From NCBI GenBank assembly GCA_022615965.1, contig JAKEGG010000007.1, positions 28,067 to 92,066 on the forward strand: 64,000 nucleotides of DNA, read 5' to 3'. Origin of the DNA: Fusobacteriota bacterium (lineage in GTDB: Bacteria > Bacillota > TC1). Position numbers and translations under genes: made by a program. The notes under the pieces were generated by a model. It saw only the letters and a program-made list of their open reading frames with translations. It searched no databases and was not told the DNA's origin. Shown piece by piece: positions 8,818-19,083 of the stretch. Positions within the stretch are counted from its first letter, which is position 1. Each line of letters starts with the position of its first letter.

Positions 8818-9799
8818 TTTCCATTTTCATTTCCCTGCTCATCAAATCTTTAAAGCTGATAAGAGGGTTTTTACCCTCGTATATAGTTTTATATACTTCC
8901 TCTGTTATAGGAAGCTCAATATTTTTTTTCTTGGCAATTAAATAAAAGGCTTTGGTAGCGTATACACCTTCTGTAACCATTGAAGTATTAGCTAATATCT
9001 CCTCACTTTTTAAGCCTGAGCCAATCTTTTCACCAAAACCTCTGTTTCTGCTATGTTTACTCATACAGGTTACAATCAAATCTCCAACACCAGTAAGACC
9101 ATTAAAAGTATTTTCATCTGCTCCTAATATTCTACCTAATACTTTCATTTCATGAAGTCCTCTGGTTATCAAAGCAGCCTTAGCATTATCACCAAACCTT
9201 AGTCCATCAACTGCACCTGCGGCTATGGCTACTACATTTTTAAATGATCCACCTAATTCTACACCTATGGTATCTGTGCTAGTATAAACTCTTAGAACAT
9301 TATTATTGAAAATCATCTGTATTTTTTTGGCAATATTGATATCATCACTGGCTGATACAATTGCTGCAGGTAATTCTCTGGCAACTTCTTCAGCATGAGT
9401 TGGCCCAGAAAGTACACAGTACTTATATTTATTATCAGATACTTCTGATACAATCTCTGAAATTCTCTTGCCTGATTCAATTTCAAAGCCTTTGGCTACG
9501 TTGATAATTATCTTATCTTTACTGGTTATATTAACAATTTTGCTTATAAATTCTCTAATGTATGGTGATGGAACAGCAATAACCAAATATTCATTTTCAA
9601 CTGCCTCTGCTAAGTTAGTTGTGATATTTATTTCACTTGGTATGTTGATCCCCGGTAAAAAAGGATGACTTTTTGTTTCTCTGATCATCTCTGTATTATC
9701 TTCAACTCTACCGTAGAGACAAACCTCATGACCATTTTTTTGAAGATGAATAGCCAGTGCCGTACCCCAGGTGCCAATACCTATTACTGTAAGCTTCAT
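8810..9799 (-). CDS. gpsA: NAD(P)H-dependent glycerol-3-phosphate dehydrogenase
   Basis: 329 aa. GIGTWGTALA Rossmann motif plus GDLIVTCMSKHSRNRGFG. Confidence 0.93.
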   Translation of the reverse strand: MKLTVIGIGTWGTALAIHLQKNGHEVCLYGRVEDNTEMIRETKSHPFLPGINIPSEINITTNLAEAVENEYLVIAVPSPYIREFISKIVNITSKDKIIINVAKGFEIESGKRISEIVSEVSDNKYKYCVLSGPTHAEEVARELPAAIVSASDDINIAKKIQMIFNNNVLRVYTSTDTIGVELGGSFKNVVAIAAGAVDGLRFGDNAKAALITRGLHEMKVLGRILGADENTFNGLTGVGDLIVTCMSKHSRNRGFGEKIGSGLKSEEILANTSMVTEGVYATKAFYLIAKKKNIELPITEEVYKTIYEGKNPLISFKDLMSREMKMESE

Positions 9800-9801
9800 T
9801 T

Positions 9802-11127
9802 CTATTTTTCTCCCTTTTTATTCTGAAAAAACAATCTTATTGGCGTTCCTTTAAAACTAAAGGCTTCTCTAAATTTATTTTCAATATATCTTTTATAGGA
9901 AAAATGTACCAAATTATCATCATTGACAAACAAGGCAAAAGAAGGTGGCTTGATTTTAATTTGCGTAACATAATATATTTTAAGATTTTTACCTTTATCC
10001 TTTGATGGTGGATTATATGATACTATCTCTCGAATCAATTGATTCAATAATGAAGTTTCAATCTTTCTATTACAATTCTCATTTACTTCATCAATCAAAG
10101 GAAATAAATCATAAATTCTTTTACCTGATAATGCTGATATAAAGACTATTGGAGCATAGCTTAAAAATTTCAATTCATCTCTTATGTCTTCTTCAAAGGC
10201 TTTCATGGTTTTACTATCTTTAGTTACCAGATCCCATTTATTAACAACTATAATGATACCTTTACCTTTTTCAAAAGCAAAGCCTGCAACCTTTTTATCC
10301 TGCTCTGTAACTCCTTCAAGTGCGTCAATTAAAAGTAAAGTGATGTCTGATCTTTCTATAGCCTTTAATGATCTGATGATAGTATACCTTTCTATAGGAT
10401 CTCCAACTTTAGATTTTCTTCTGATACCAGCTGTATCAATAAAGGTATACGGTTTGTTAAAATACATTATCTTTTGGTCAACAGCATCTCTGGTCGTTCC
10501 TGAAATATTGCTGACAATTACTCTGTCTTCATTAGATAATTTATTTACTAATGAAGATTTACCGACATTTGGTCTGCCTATGATAGCTACTTTTAATGAT
10601 GGATCATCATCTTCATTTTTATCTATTTCAAAGAAATGGCTGGTTATCTCATCTAATAAATCACCCATATTTGCTCCATGAACAGCAGAGATAGGAATTG
10701 GTTCTCCAAGTCCTAAGGAGTAAAATTCATAGGCATTGCTTTTATTGAAGTTATCCGTTTTATTTACAGTAAGAACAACAGGTTTATTAGTTTTCTTTAA
10801 AATATTGGCTATCTTTTGGTCATCTGATGTGATACCAATAGTATTATCAACAACCATCAAAATTACATCTGCTTCAGTTATAGCTATTTCAGCCTGCTTA
10901 GTAATCGATAAACTAATATCTTCTTTTTCCCATTGGATTCCACCAGTATCTATTACTATAAAGTTATGCTTTTGCCAATTTGCTTCATCATATAATCTAT
11001 CTCTGGTCACACCTGGAAAATCATCTACAATTGACTTTCTTTCACCAACAAATCTATTGAATATCGTTGACTTTCCTACATTTGGCCTTCCTACTATAGC
11101 TAATACTGGTTTCATTTTTTTCTCCAC
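9802..11127 (-). CDS. der: Ribosome-associated GTPase Der (EngA)
   Basis: 441 aa with tandem G domains (GRPNVGKST twice, DTGG/DTAG, NKxD) and a KH-like C-terminus. The start may be the internal MKPVLAIVG. Confidence 0.95.
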   Translation of the reverse strand: MEKKMKPVLAIVGRPNVGKSTIFNRFVGERKSIVDDFPGVTRDRLYDEANWQKHNFIVIDTGGIQWEKEDISLSITKQAEIAITEADVILMVVDNTIGITSDDQKIANILKKTNKPVVLTVNKTDNFNKSNAYEFYSLGLGEPIPISAVHGANMGDLLDEITSHFFEIDKNEDDDPSLKVAIIGRPNVGKSSLVNKLSNEDRVIVSNISGTTRDAVDQKIMYFNKPYTFIDTAGIRRKSKVGDPIERYTIIRSLKAIERSDITLLLIDALEGVTEQDKKVAGFAFEKGKGIIIVVNKWDLVTKDSKTMKAFEEDIRDELKFLSYAPIVFISALSGKRIYDLFPLIDEVNENCNRKIETSLLNQLIREIVSYNPPSKDKGKNLKIYYVTQIKIKPPSFALFVNDDNLVHFSYKRYIENKFREAFSFKGTPIRLFFQNKKGEK

Positions 11128-11188
11128 TTCATTTATTCATACTATATAATTGTATCATAATTTTCTATATTTTCACATAAGCAAAAAC

Positions 11189-12487
11189 TTAACTAATGAC
11201 CTTGTAAATTAGTTTTTCACAATTGTTTTTTGTTATTGCAATAGCAAAGGCTCTGCTATAAATTTCCTCGCATTCTCCTATGTCAATTAAGTTAGAGCTA
11301 TAATACAGCCTACCCATCAGCTCTCCCTTTTCAATCTGTTCTCCTACTTTTTTAGGTATAAAAATTCCTGCTCCATAATCTATTTGATCTTCTTTGGTCG
11401 ATCTGCCAGCACCTAATCTAACACTTACTTCTCCAATCAGCTGGCTGTTTATTTTATTTATATATCCTGATTCCACAGAATATATTTCTTTAACATATGC
11501 TCCTTGAGGCATCTTTTTGTAGTCTGCTATAACCTCTTTTTCTCCACCTTGAAACTCTATTAATTCAGCTAGTTTCTTGAGTCCTTGTCCGTTATCAATA
11601 AGCTTGCCAATTATTGATTTTCCTTCTTCATGATCCTTAACAATACCTCCGACCGTAAGCATATAGCTACCAATTTCTTTAGTAAGCTCAACTAAGTCAG
11701 ATGGTCCATTACCTTTTAAGGTTTCCAACACTTCCATGATTTCTAATGAATTACCTATATAATGACCTAAAGGAGAGTCCATATTGGTAATAACTGCAAC
11801 ACTTTTGCCACCAAACATCTCAACCAGTTTTGCCAAGGTTTTAGCTAATATTTCTGCTTCAGATAAATTTTTCATAAAGGCACCTGAGCCTGTTTTAACA
11901 TCAAAGACAATATTTCTATTACCAGAAGCAATTTTTTTTGAAACTATAGATGAAGCAATTAAAGGAATGCTTTCAACTGTACCTGTAACATCTCTTAAGG
12001 CATAAAGCTTTTTATCTGCTAATGCTACCTCTGTACTTTGTCCGATTATAGCTATTCTGATTTTTTTTATCTGTTCTTCTAATTCAGTCTCTTTTATGGT
12101 AGTTTTAAATCCTGGTATACTTGCTAGTTTGTCTATAGTACCACCAGAAAAGCCAAGTCCTTTACCTGACATTTTACATACAGTGAGTCCAGCTGCCACA
12201 ACTAAAGGAACAACAGTCAAGGTTAACTTATCTCCAATACCTCCTGTACTGTGTTTATCAACAAAGTTATCATCCTGGTAGAATGCTATAGTATCACCAA
12301 CCATATATTTAGTTAATAAATAGGTTTCTTGTTCTGTCATCCCATTTAGATAAATAGCCATCATCAAGGCTGAAATCTGATAATCTGGTATACTATCCTC
12401 TAATATACCTTGAATAAAATATGAAATATCTTTATCGTTTAGTGCAAATTTATCTCTTTTTTTCTTGATTATATCAATGAAATTCAT
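11189..12487 (-). CDS. pdp: Pyrimidine-nucleoside (thymidine) phosphorylase
   Basis: 432 aa. KHSTGGIGDK and SGKGLGFSGGTIDKL motifs. Confidence 0.92.
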   Translation of the reverse strand: MNFIDIIKKKRDKFALNDKDISYFIQGILEDSIPDYQISALMMAIYLNGMTEQETYLLTKYMVGDTIAFYQDDNFVDKHSTGGIGDKLTLTVVPLVVAAGLTVCKMSGKGLGFSGGTIDKLASIPGFKTTIKETELEEQIKKIRIAIIGQSTEVALADKKLYALRDVTGTVESIPLIASSIVSKKIASGNRNIVFDVKTGSGAFMKNLSEAEILAKTLAKLVEMFGGKSVAVITNMDSPLGHYIGNSLEIMEVLETLKGNGPSDLVELTKEIGSYMLTVGGIVKDHEEGKSIIGKLIDNGQGLKKLAELIEFQGGEKEVIADYKKMPQGAYVKEIYSVESGYINKINSQLIGEVSVRLGAGRSTKEDQIDYGAGIFIPKKVGEQIEKGELMGRLYYSSNLIDIGECEEIYSRAFAIAITKNNCEKLIYKVIS

Positions 12488-13305
12488 AATTTTATTTCCT
12501 CAATTACTGAAGCTAATAGTTTGCTGAAATCCTGACTTACTTTAGCTGTTGTAGCTACTACTTCTTCATGTGATAAAGGCATTTTACTTATACCTGCAGC
12601 TGAATTGGTAATACAAGAGATCCCTAAAACTCTAATACCACAATGTTTGGCGACAATAGCTTCTGGAACAGTGGACATGCCTACTCCTCCCACTCCTATC
12701 ATTTTCAGAAAACTAATATCGAAAGGGGTCTCATATGAAGGTCCAGTTAAATAGGCATAGACTCCGGTTTTAGCACTAATATTTAATTGCTTGGCTTTAT
12801 TAATTGTCATTTCTATAAGTTCTTTTGAATATATCTGACTCATATCAGGAAATCTTGTACCTTGCTTATCTATATTCGAACCTATTAGTGGGTTTGGACA
12901 AAATACATCTAAATGATCTTTAATAACCATTAATTCACCTGATAAACCTTGTATTCCACCTGCAGAATTTGTTAATATCAAAGTGTTGATCCCCAATTCC
13001 TTCATCACTCTAATAGGAAAAGTAACTTCCTGCATATTATACCCTTCATAGTAGTGAATGCGACCTTCCATCACTAAAATCTTCTTGCTGCCAACATATC
13101 CTGTTGCCAACCTGTTATTATGACCTATTACTTTAGATAGATTAAAACCTGGTATCAGATCAAAACCAACTGCTCTTTTTTCTTTTAAAGAATCCGTAAA
13201 AAAACTTAGACCTGAACCTAATACCAAAGCCAGAGATACATTATCTAAGTCCAGATTTTCACTGATGAAGCGAGCGCTATTTAATATTTTATTATAATAT
13301 TCCAT
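12484..13305 (-). CDS. punA: Purine nucleoside phosphorylase (PunA type)
   Basis: 273 aa. GRIHYYEG and SNSAGG-like motifs. Overlaps the pdp start by 4 nt. Confidence 0.9.
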   Translation of the reverse strand: MEYYNKILNSARFISENLDLDNVSLALVLGSGLSFFTDSLKEKRAVGFDLIPGFNLSKVIGHNNRLATGYVGSKKILVMEGRIHYYEGYNMQEVTFPIRVMKELGINTLILTNSAGGIQGLSGELMVIKDHLDVFCPNPLIGSNIDKQGTRFPDMSQIYSKELIEMTINKAKQLNISAKTGVYAYLTGPSYETPFDISFLKMIGVGGVGMSTVPEAIVAKHCGIRVLGISCITNSAAGISKMPLSHEEVVATTAKVSQDFSKLLASVIEEIKL

Positions 13306-13315
13306 TCTGATCTCC

Positions 13316-14209
13316 TTATGCTCTAGGATGAGTATTATTATATATTTTTTTCATATGTTTGATTGTGAGATGTGTATACAGTTCAGTTGTAGATATATCT
13401 GAATGTCCAAGCATTTCTTGGACACTTCTTAAATCAGCACCATTTTCTATTAGATGTGTAGCAAAGGAATGTCTTAAAGTATGTGGTGATATTTGTTTGC
13501 TGATGCCTGCTTTTTTACCATAATGTACTAAAATTTTATAAAAACCCTGTCGACTCATTTTATTTCCTCTAATATTTAAAAACAAGGTTCTTTCTCTATT
13601 GTTTTTTAGTAATGCTGGTCTATATTTTTGAATATACTCTAAGAGATGATCTAAAGCTATTTCACCTATAGGGATAATACGTTCTTTACTGCCTTTACCA
13701 ATACATTTTATAAAGCCTAGTTCTAAATTAATGTCATCCATTTTCAGTGAAAGTAGTTCAGAAACCCTTAGACCAGAGCCATAGGCTACTTCTAACATTG
13801 CTTTATCTCTATTACCTATTGTAGTCTGAAGATCAGGACAATCAAGTAAGCGGTCAATTTCTGATATTGTTAATATTCCTGGTAATTTTCTAGAAGTTTT
13901 TGGACTTTCAATAGTTGAAGTAGGGTCTAAGGTTATAAGCTTTTCTCTGATTTGATATCTAAAAAAGCTTTTGATTGCTGCCAGAAATCTGCTTTGGCTT
14001 TTTTCACTTATACCCTTTTTTTCAAGTTGTTTAAGATATTTTATGATAGCTTCTTTTTCAATATTATTTAAGCTATCCTTTATATTGAATTCTAAATCTA
14101 AATATCTTAAAAATGCCTCAATATCCCTTAAATAAGCTTCAATAGTATTGTCACTTAAACCCTTTTCTATTGCTAAGTAATGAACATAGTCATCTAAGTT
14201 AACTATCAT
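13316..14209 (-). CDS. xerD: Tyrosine recombinase XerD/XerC family (chromosome dimer resolution)
   Basis: 297 aa. SAM-like N-domain, HTLRHSFATHL and LGHSDISTTELYTH catalytic box. Sits next to scpAB. Confidence 0.85.
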   Translation of the reverse strand: MIVNLDDYVHYLAIEKGLSDNTIEAYLRDIEAFLRYLDLEFNIKDSLNNIEKEAIIKYLKQLEKKGISEKSQSRFLAAIKSFFRYQIREKLITLDPTSTIESPKTSRKLPGILTISEIDRLLDCPDLQTTIGNRDKAMLEVAYGSGLRVSELLSLKMDDINLELGFIKCIGKGSKERIIPIGEIALDHLLEYIQKYRPALLKNNRERTLFLNIRGNKMSRQGFYKILVHYGKKAGISKQISPHTLRHSFATHLIENGADLRSVQEMLGHSDISTTELYTHLTIKHMKKIYNNTHPRA

Positions 14210-14211
14210 AT

Positions 14212-14796
14212 CTATACCTTACTTAAGATTTCCATCTCTAAAGCATTATTGCTTTTTTCAATATCATCATTGCTGATGTTATCTTCTTCGAGAATCAATT
14301 CAGGTAAATCCTCCAAAGAATTTAGACCTAGCTGAATCAAAAACTTATCTGTTGTTCCATAGAGATTAGGGTGTCCAGGAACTTCCTTCCTGCCAACTTC
14401 AATAATCAGCTCTTTTTCTAATAGCTTATGAACCATAGCATCAACATTGACTCCTCTTATCTCTTCAATTTCACTTCTGGTAATAGGTTGCTTATAGGCG
14501 ATTATAGCTAATGTTTCCAGAGCGGGTTTTGAGAGCTGTCCTCCTTGTGGCTTGACAACTTTTTCCAAAATATTGCTATAACAGTTTTTAGTCATAAGTT
14601 TATATCCTCCTGCAACATTAGTCAGGACGATACCTCTTCCTGGTAAAAGCAGTAGCTCCTTAAATTCACTTATTATATCCTTGGCTTCATTTTGATTAAT
14701 TCCAAGTATTTCTGATATTTTACTGATATCAAGTGGTTCTACTGAAACAAAAAGTGCAGCTTCAAGTATACCAAAAAGGTCTTCTTTAAATAACAT
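14212..14796 (-). CDS. scpB: Segregation and condensation protein B
   Basis: 194 aa. ILEAALFVSVEPL start and tandem winged helices. Follows scpA. Confidence 0.9.
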   Translation of the reverse strand: MLFKEDLFGILEAALFVSVEPLDISKISEILGINQNEAKDIISEFKELLLLPGRGIVLTNVAGGYKLMTKNCYSNILEKVVKPQGGQLSKPALETLAIIAYKQPITRSEIEEIRGVNVDAMVHKLLEKELIIEVGRKEVPGHPNLYGTTDKFLIQLGLNSLEDLPELILEEDNISNDDIEKSNNALEMEILSKV

Positions 14797-15523
14797 GATC
14801 AGCTCCTGTATTCTTGGTGATTTTTAATGGTGAAAAATTATCGATTTGAAAAAAATCTATCTTCTCTTGTTTATATAAGCTTAGAATAGCTAAAAAACTG
14901 ATTACAATTTCATTTTTGCTTTTTGTGTTGATAATATCATCGAAATATATAATTTCACACTCCATCAAAAGATTTAACAATTCACTTATTTTTTCTGTTA
15001 TAGTGATTTTTTTACTTTTTATTTCATATGGAGGCAATTGACTTTCTTTATGTCTTGTCAATATATATTCCATAATATTTAAAAAATGGTTAGTATCAAT
15101 GTTTTCCAGCGGATTTGTATTTTTGGAAATTTCTTCATAAAGCTTTTCATCTTTATTTCTAAAGTAGTTTTTACCTTGACTGAGAAAAATTTTTCCTATC
15201 TCATCAGCAGCTTTTTTGAATTTTTCATATTCAAGAAGTCTTCTGACCAACTCAGAACGTGGATCTTCTTCCTCTTCCTTATTCTCTAAATCATCATCTT
15301 TAGGTAATAACATTTTTACTTTTATATTGATTAAAGTTGAAGCTAAAACAAGAAACTCGCTGGCAATTTCAATGTTGTATTCATTCATTTTATTTAAATA
15401 ATTAAGATATTGTCTTGTAATGTCAGAAATAGGTATATCATAGATATTGATTTTATGTTCTTTAATCAGATGTAGCAATAAATCTAATGGTCCTTCAAAG
15501 GATTGTAGTATAACTTTTTCCAT
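14786..15523 (-). CDS. scpA: Segregation and condensation protein A (kleisin)
   Basis: 245 aa. FEGPLDLLLHLIKEHKINIYDIPI signature. Confidence 0.9.
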   Translation of the reverse strand: MEKVILQSFEGPLDLLLHLIKEHKINIYDIPISDITRQYLNYLNKMNEYNIEIASEFLVLASTLINIKVKMLLPKDDDLENKEEEEDPRSELVRRLLEYEKFKKAADEIGKIFLSQGKNYFRNKDEKLYEEISKNTNPLENIDTNHFLNIMEYILTRHKESQLPPYEIKSKKITITEKISELLNLLMECEIIYFDDIINTKSKNEIVISFLAILSLYKQEKIDFFQIDNFSPLKITKNTGADHVI

Positions 15524-16509
15524 TATATTAGATTCATAGCCTCCTTAATCTTTGTCATAGTTTCTTGAGCCTTTTGACCTGCTCTTTTATTACCATCTGC
15601 AATAACATCATCAATGTAATCAGGGTTATTTTCTATCTCAAGCCTTCTCTCTCTTATTGGTAAAAGATGAGTGTTTAATTTTTCAAACAAAAGTTTTTTA
15701 CATTCCATACAGCCAATTTTCCCTGCCTTACAGTTTTCGGAAATAACTCCTGAAATATCTTCATTATAGATTTTTTGGTATTGATATACTATACAGATAT
15801 CTGGATGACCATGGTCATCTTTTCTTATACGCTCTGGATCTGTTATCATAGATTTAACTTTTTTGTTTAGTTCATCTTCTGTTGACATGATATTAATGTA
15901 GTTATTATAGCTTTTTGACATCTTTCTGCCATCAGTACCTAAAAGTAAAGGAATTTTAGCTAGCAAACCTTCTGGTTCTGGAAAAAGCTTAGTCCTGAAG
16001 ATAAAATTGAATCTCCTGGCAATTTCCCTGGTTATTTCTATATGCGGTAACTGATCTTCACCTACTGGAACATAATTTGCCAGGTAAAGTAGAATATCAG
16101 CTCCTTGTAGCAACGGATAACCTAAAAATCCATGTGTAGTTATATCCTTACCACTTTGTTCTCTGAATTGTTCAACCTGACCTTTATAGGTAGGACATCT
16201 TTCAAGCCAGGATAACGGTGTTATCATAGAAAAAAGTAAATATAGTTCTGCATGCTCAGGTATTTTTGATTGGATAAATAGTGTTGATTTTTCTGGAGAT
16301 AATCCTATTGCCAGCCAATCTATCATCATATTTCTGATATTTTTCTGAAGCATAGCTGTATCATCAAACTGAGTTGTCAAAGCATGATAATCAGCAATAA
16401 AAAAATTAGTTTCATATTTTTCCTGGAGTTTCACCCAGTTTTCAATGACACTTAAATGTCCGATATGTAATTTTCCAGTTGGTCTCATTCCACTTAAGAC
16501 TTTTTTCAT
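15523..16509 (-). CDS. trpS: Tryptophan-tRNA ligase with a C-terminal four-Cys cluster
   Basis: 328 aa. HIGH (KLHIGH) and KMSKS motifs, plus Cys239-x20-Cys260-x6-Cys267-x2-Cys270. Confidence 0.95.
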   Translation of the reverse strand: MKKVLSGMRPTGKLHIGHLSVIENWVKLQEKYETNFFIADYHALTTQFDDTAMLQKNIRNMMIDWLAIGLSPEKSTLFIQSKIPEHAELYLLFSMITPLSWLERCPTYKGQVEQFREQSGKDITTHGFLGYPLLQGADILLYLANYVPVGEDQLPHIEITREIARRFNFIFRTKLFPEPEGLLAKIPLLLGTDGRKMSKSYNNYINIMSTEDELNKKVKSMITDPERIRKDDHGHPDICIVYQYQKIYNEDISGVISENCKAGKIGCMECKKLLFEKLNTHLLPIRERRLEIENNPDYIDDVIADGNKRAGQKAQETMTKIKEAMNLI

Positions 16510-16524
16510 TTCTTTCTCCTGTCC

Positions 16525-17151
16525 TTAAAATATATTAGCTACATATAGTAGTAAAATACTAAATAAATTATATATTGGATACCAAAGAGTAGACAATGCT
16601 CCAGTAATCAGTAAAACCAATAGCAAGATAAATCCATACTTTCTTTCAAATTCATCAACTTTATAAAACCAGCTGTCAGGTAATACTCTACATAGAACCT
16701 TAAAGCCATCTAATGGAGGTATTGGTAAAATATTAAATGTAGCCAAAATAAGATTAAGCATAATAAAATACTGAACAAAGGTATTAATTGGTTCAGGAAT
16801 ATTGAAATTTAATAATAATGAACCCAATACAGCTAACAAAAAATTAGATAAAGGTCCTGCAAGTGCAGTTAACATTATACCATCTCGTAAATGTTTAAAT
16901 TTATAAGGATTCATCATAACAGGTTTAGCCCAACCAAAGCCTACTAACATAATAGCTATAAATCCAAATGGATCGATATGATGCAAAGGATTCACAGACA
17001 ATCTTCCTTGGCTTTTAGCAGTATCATCACCTAGCTTATAGGCCACAAAACCATGACTAAACTCATGAATAGTCAATCCTATTATCAGACTGATAAGAAT
17101 ATAAATCAAATTTAAAGTTGAGAGATCTCCATTGATCCATTGGAATATCAT
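16525..17151 (-). CDS. Site-2 protease family (peptidase M50) membrane metalloprotease
   Basis: 208 aa, polytopic, with an HEFSHG zinc motif in TM1. Confidence 0.8.
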   Translation of the reverse strand: MIFQWINGDLSTLNLIYILISLIIGLTIHEFSHGFVAYKLGDDTAKSQGRLSVNPLHHIDPFGFIAIMLVGFGWAKPVMMNPYKFKHLRDGIMLTALAGPLSNFLLAVLGSLLLNFNIPEPINTFVQYFIMLNLILATFNILPIPPLDGFKVLCRVLPDSWFYKVDEFERKYGFILLLVLLITGALSTLWYPIYNLFSILLLYVANIF

Positions 17152-18464
17152 TATTTTAGTCTTTCTAGAAAAATATGATTAGTCATTAAATCATCATATG
17201 ATTGTCTTTTAATAATCAGGTCACTTTTGCCATCCTTTACTAACACAACGGCAGATTTGCCTATCATATTATAATTGCTGGCCATAGAATAGCCATAAGC
17301 ACCTGTTGATGTCATTACCAGAGTATCTCCAGATTCAATAATTGGCAGTTCGATATCTCTGGCTAAAATATCTCCAGATTCACATAGTTTTCCTGAAATA
17401 GTAATTACTTCTGAGTTGCTGTTGGCATTCATTCTGTTTCCTATACCTACTTCATATTTCGCACCATAAAGTGCTGGTCTTATATTATCAGACATTCCTC
17501 CATCAACAGCTACATATTTTCTTATTCCTGGAATATCTTTAATAGAACCAACAGAGTATAAATTACTACCACATGGTCCTATGATCGATCTTCCTGGTTC
17601 AATATATATCTTTGGCATGTTAAGTTTATACTCATTGACCTTATTTTTTAGTACTGTAAAGATAGCTTGACTATATTCTTTGATTGGTGTTGGATCATCT
17701 CCTTGTGTATAATAGATGCCTCTGCCTCCTCCAATATCAAGATCAGTTACCTCCAGCATCAATTCATTGTTGATTTCAGCTATAAATTTAACCATTACAT
17801 CTACAGCATGTTCAAATGACTCTGTACCAAATATTTGTGAGCCTATATGACAATGTAGCCCTTTAAAAATCAAATTGGAATAATTAGCAGTTTTAGCAAC
17901 ACCAGCAAGTGCATCTCCATTTTGTAGGGTAAAACCAAACTTAGAATCAATATGACCTGTCTTAATGAAGTCGTGAGTATGAGCATCAATACCAGGAGTA
18001 ATCCTTAATAATACCTCAACTTTCTTATCTTGTTCGATTGCCACTCTATTCACATGATCTATTTCAAAATCATTATCTAGTACAATTCTACCTACTCCAT
18101 ATTCTATAGCCATTTTGATTTCTTCATCAGTTTTATTATTTCCATGGAAAAACACTTTACTCATTGGAAAACCAGATTTATAGGCCATATATAGTTCTCC
18201 ACCTGAAACGGTATCAAGTCCCAGTCCATTTTTATTGATTATGCCTAGTATACTTGGGCTTAAAAAAGCTTTGCTGGCATATAAAACTAAGGAATCTTCC
18301 TTACCTGTAAAATTATTATAGTAATCCTTACAAATTTCTGTTAGCTGATCTTCGTCGATAACAACTAAAGGTGTTCCAAAATTATTTGCCAAACTTACTA
18401 CATCACATCCACCTATTTCCAAATGTCCGTTTTCATTGATTTTCATAGTTCCTTGTAATTTCAT
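17151..18464 (-). CDS. lysA: Diaminopimelate decarboxylase
   Basis: 437 aa fold-III PLP decarboxylase (YASKAF, HCHIGSQ, GGGxG, CESGD). Confidence 0.93.
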   Translation of the reverse strand: MKLQGTMKINENGHLEIGGCDVVSLANNFGTPLVVIDEDQLTEICKDYYNNFTGKEDSLVLYASKAFLSPSILGIINKNGLGLDTVSGGELYMAYKSGFPMSKVFFHGNNKTDEEIKMAIEYGVGRIVLDNDFEIDHVNRVAIEQDKKVEVLLRITPGIDAHTHDFIKTGHIDSKFGFTLQNGDALAGVAKTANYSNLIFKGLHCHIGSQIFGTESFEHAVDVMVKFIAEINNELMLEVTDLDIGGGRGIYYTQGDDPTPIKEYSQAIFTVLKNKVNEYKLNMPKIYIEPGRSIIGPCGSNLYSVGSIKDIPGIRKYVAVDGGMSDNIRPALYGAKYEVGIGNRMNANSNSEVITISGKLCESGDILARDIELPIIESGDTLVMTSTGAYGYSMASNYNMIGKSAVVLVKDGKSDLIIKRQSYDDLMTNHIFLERLK

Positions 18465-18477
18465 ATTTATTGCTCCT

Positions 18478-19083
18478 TTACTTCTTTAAACATATTAATA
18501 GTCCATCTCCTATATTTAAAAAACATTTTTCAACTCTATTGTCTTCAAGTATCATCTTATTCAACTCATCCATCATTACCTTCTGTATCTGTCTTTTCTC
18601 TAAAGATGGAAACAATACATCTTCAAAGATGATCAAGCCACCGGATTTTAGTTTATTTATTGATTTTTCATATAAAAACTTGTAGCTTTTAGTTGAACTA
18701 TCTATGAAGATCAAATCATATGTTTTTTTTAATGTGTTAATTATTTCTTCACCAAATCCTACGTGAAAATCCACATATTCACCTAAGTCTAAAGCATTGA
18801 TATTTAGCTTTGCCTCACTAGATAAACGTTCTGAAGCTTCAATAGTATCAATTTTTCCATTGAAGTCCTTTATAGCATATGCCAGCCAAATAGTTGAATA
18901 ACCAATGCTGGTACCAATTTCCATGATATTTTTTGCTTTAGTTAATTTTGTCAAAAAATAAAGAAGCTGTCCAGCTTCTTTACCAATTGATGGACAAATA
19001 TCATTGCGAACCTTTTCTGACTCTCTTATAAATTTTTGCAGAGCGAAAGGTTCACATATTAATTCATCTATATATTCATTCAC
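18478..19083 (-). CDS. Class I SAM-dependent O-methyltransferase (family 3, YrrM/TrmR-like)
   Basis: 201 aa. EIGTSIGYS SAM-binding motif and a caffeoyl-CoA O-MT-like layout. Confidence 0.7.
   Translation of the reverse strand: MNEYIDELICEPFALQKFIRESEKVRNDICPSIGKEAGQLLYFLTKLTKAKNIMEIGTSIGYSTIWLAYAIKDFNGKIDTIEASERLSSEAKLNINALDLGEYVDFHVGFGEEIINTLKKTYDLIFIDSSTKSYKFLYEKSINKLKSGGLIIFEDVLFPSLEKRQIQKVMMDELNKMILEDNRVEKCFLNIGDGLLICLKK

Noticed and set aside
10184-10681. Plus-strand ORFs inside minus-strand genes. Examples: 10184..10681, 10736..11149, 1515..1892, 26032..26592, 55342..55671, 63560..63868, 38165..38467, 35040..35294, and the 25896..26093 minus ORF opposite the ferredoxin.
   Set aside because: All lie antisense to, or out of frame within, well-supported conserved genes. 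Their composition is low-complexity and Ser/Leu/Ile/Phe-rich, as expected for shadow ORFs in AT-rich DNA. They have no SD sequences.
13316-14209. Tyrosine recombinase as a marker of a prophage or integrative element.
   Set aside because: It has a XerC/D-type sequence with a SAM-like N-domain. It is embedded in the conserved punA-xerD-scpAB housekeeping block. There are no adjacent phage genes, att-like repeats or tRNA.
16510-16524. T-box leader upstream of trpS.
   Set aside because: Only 15 nt separate trpS from the preceding M50 protease gene, which leaves no room for a T-box.
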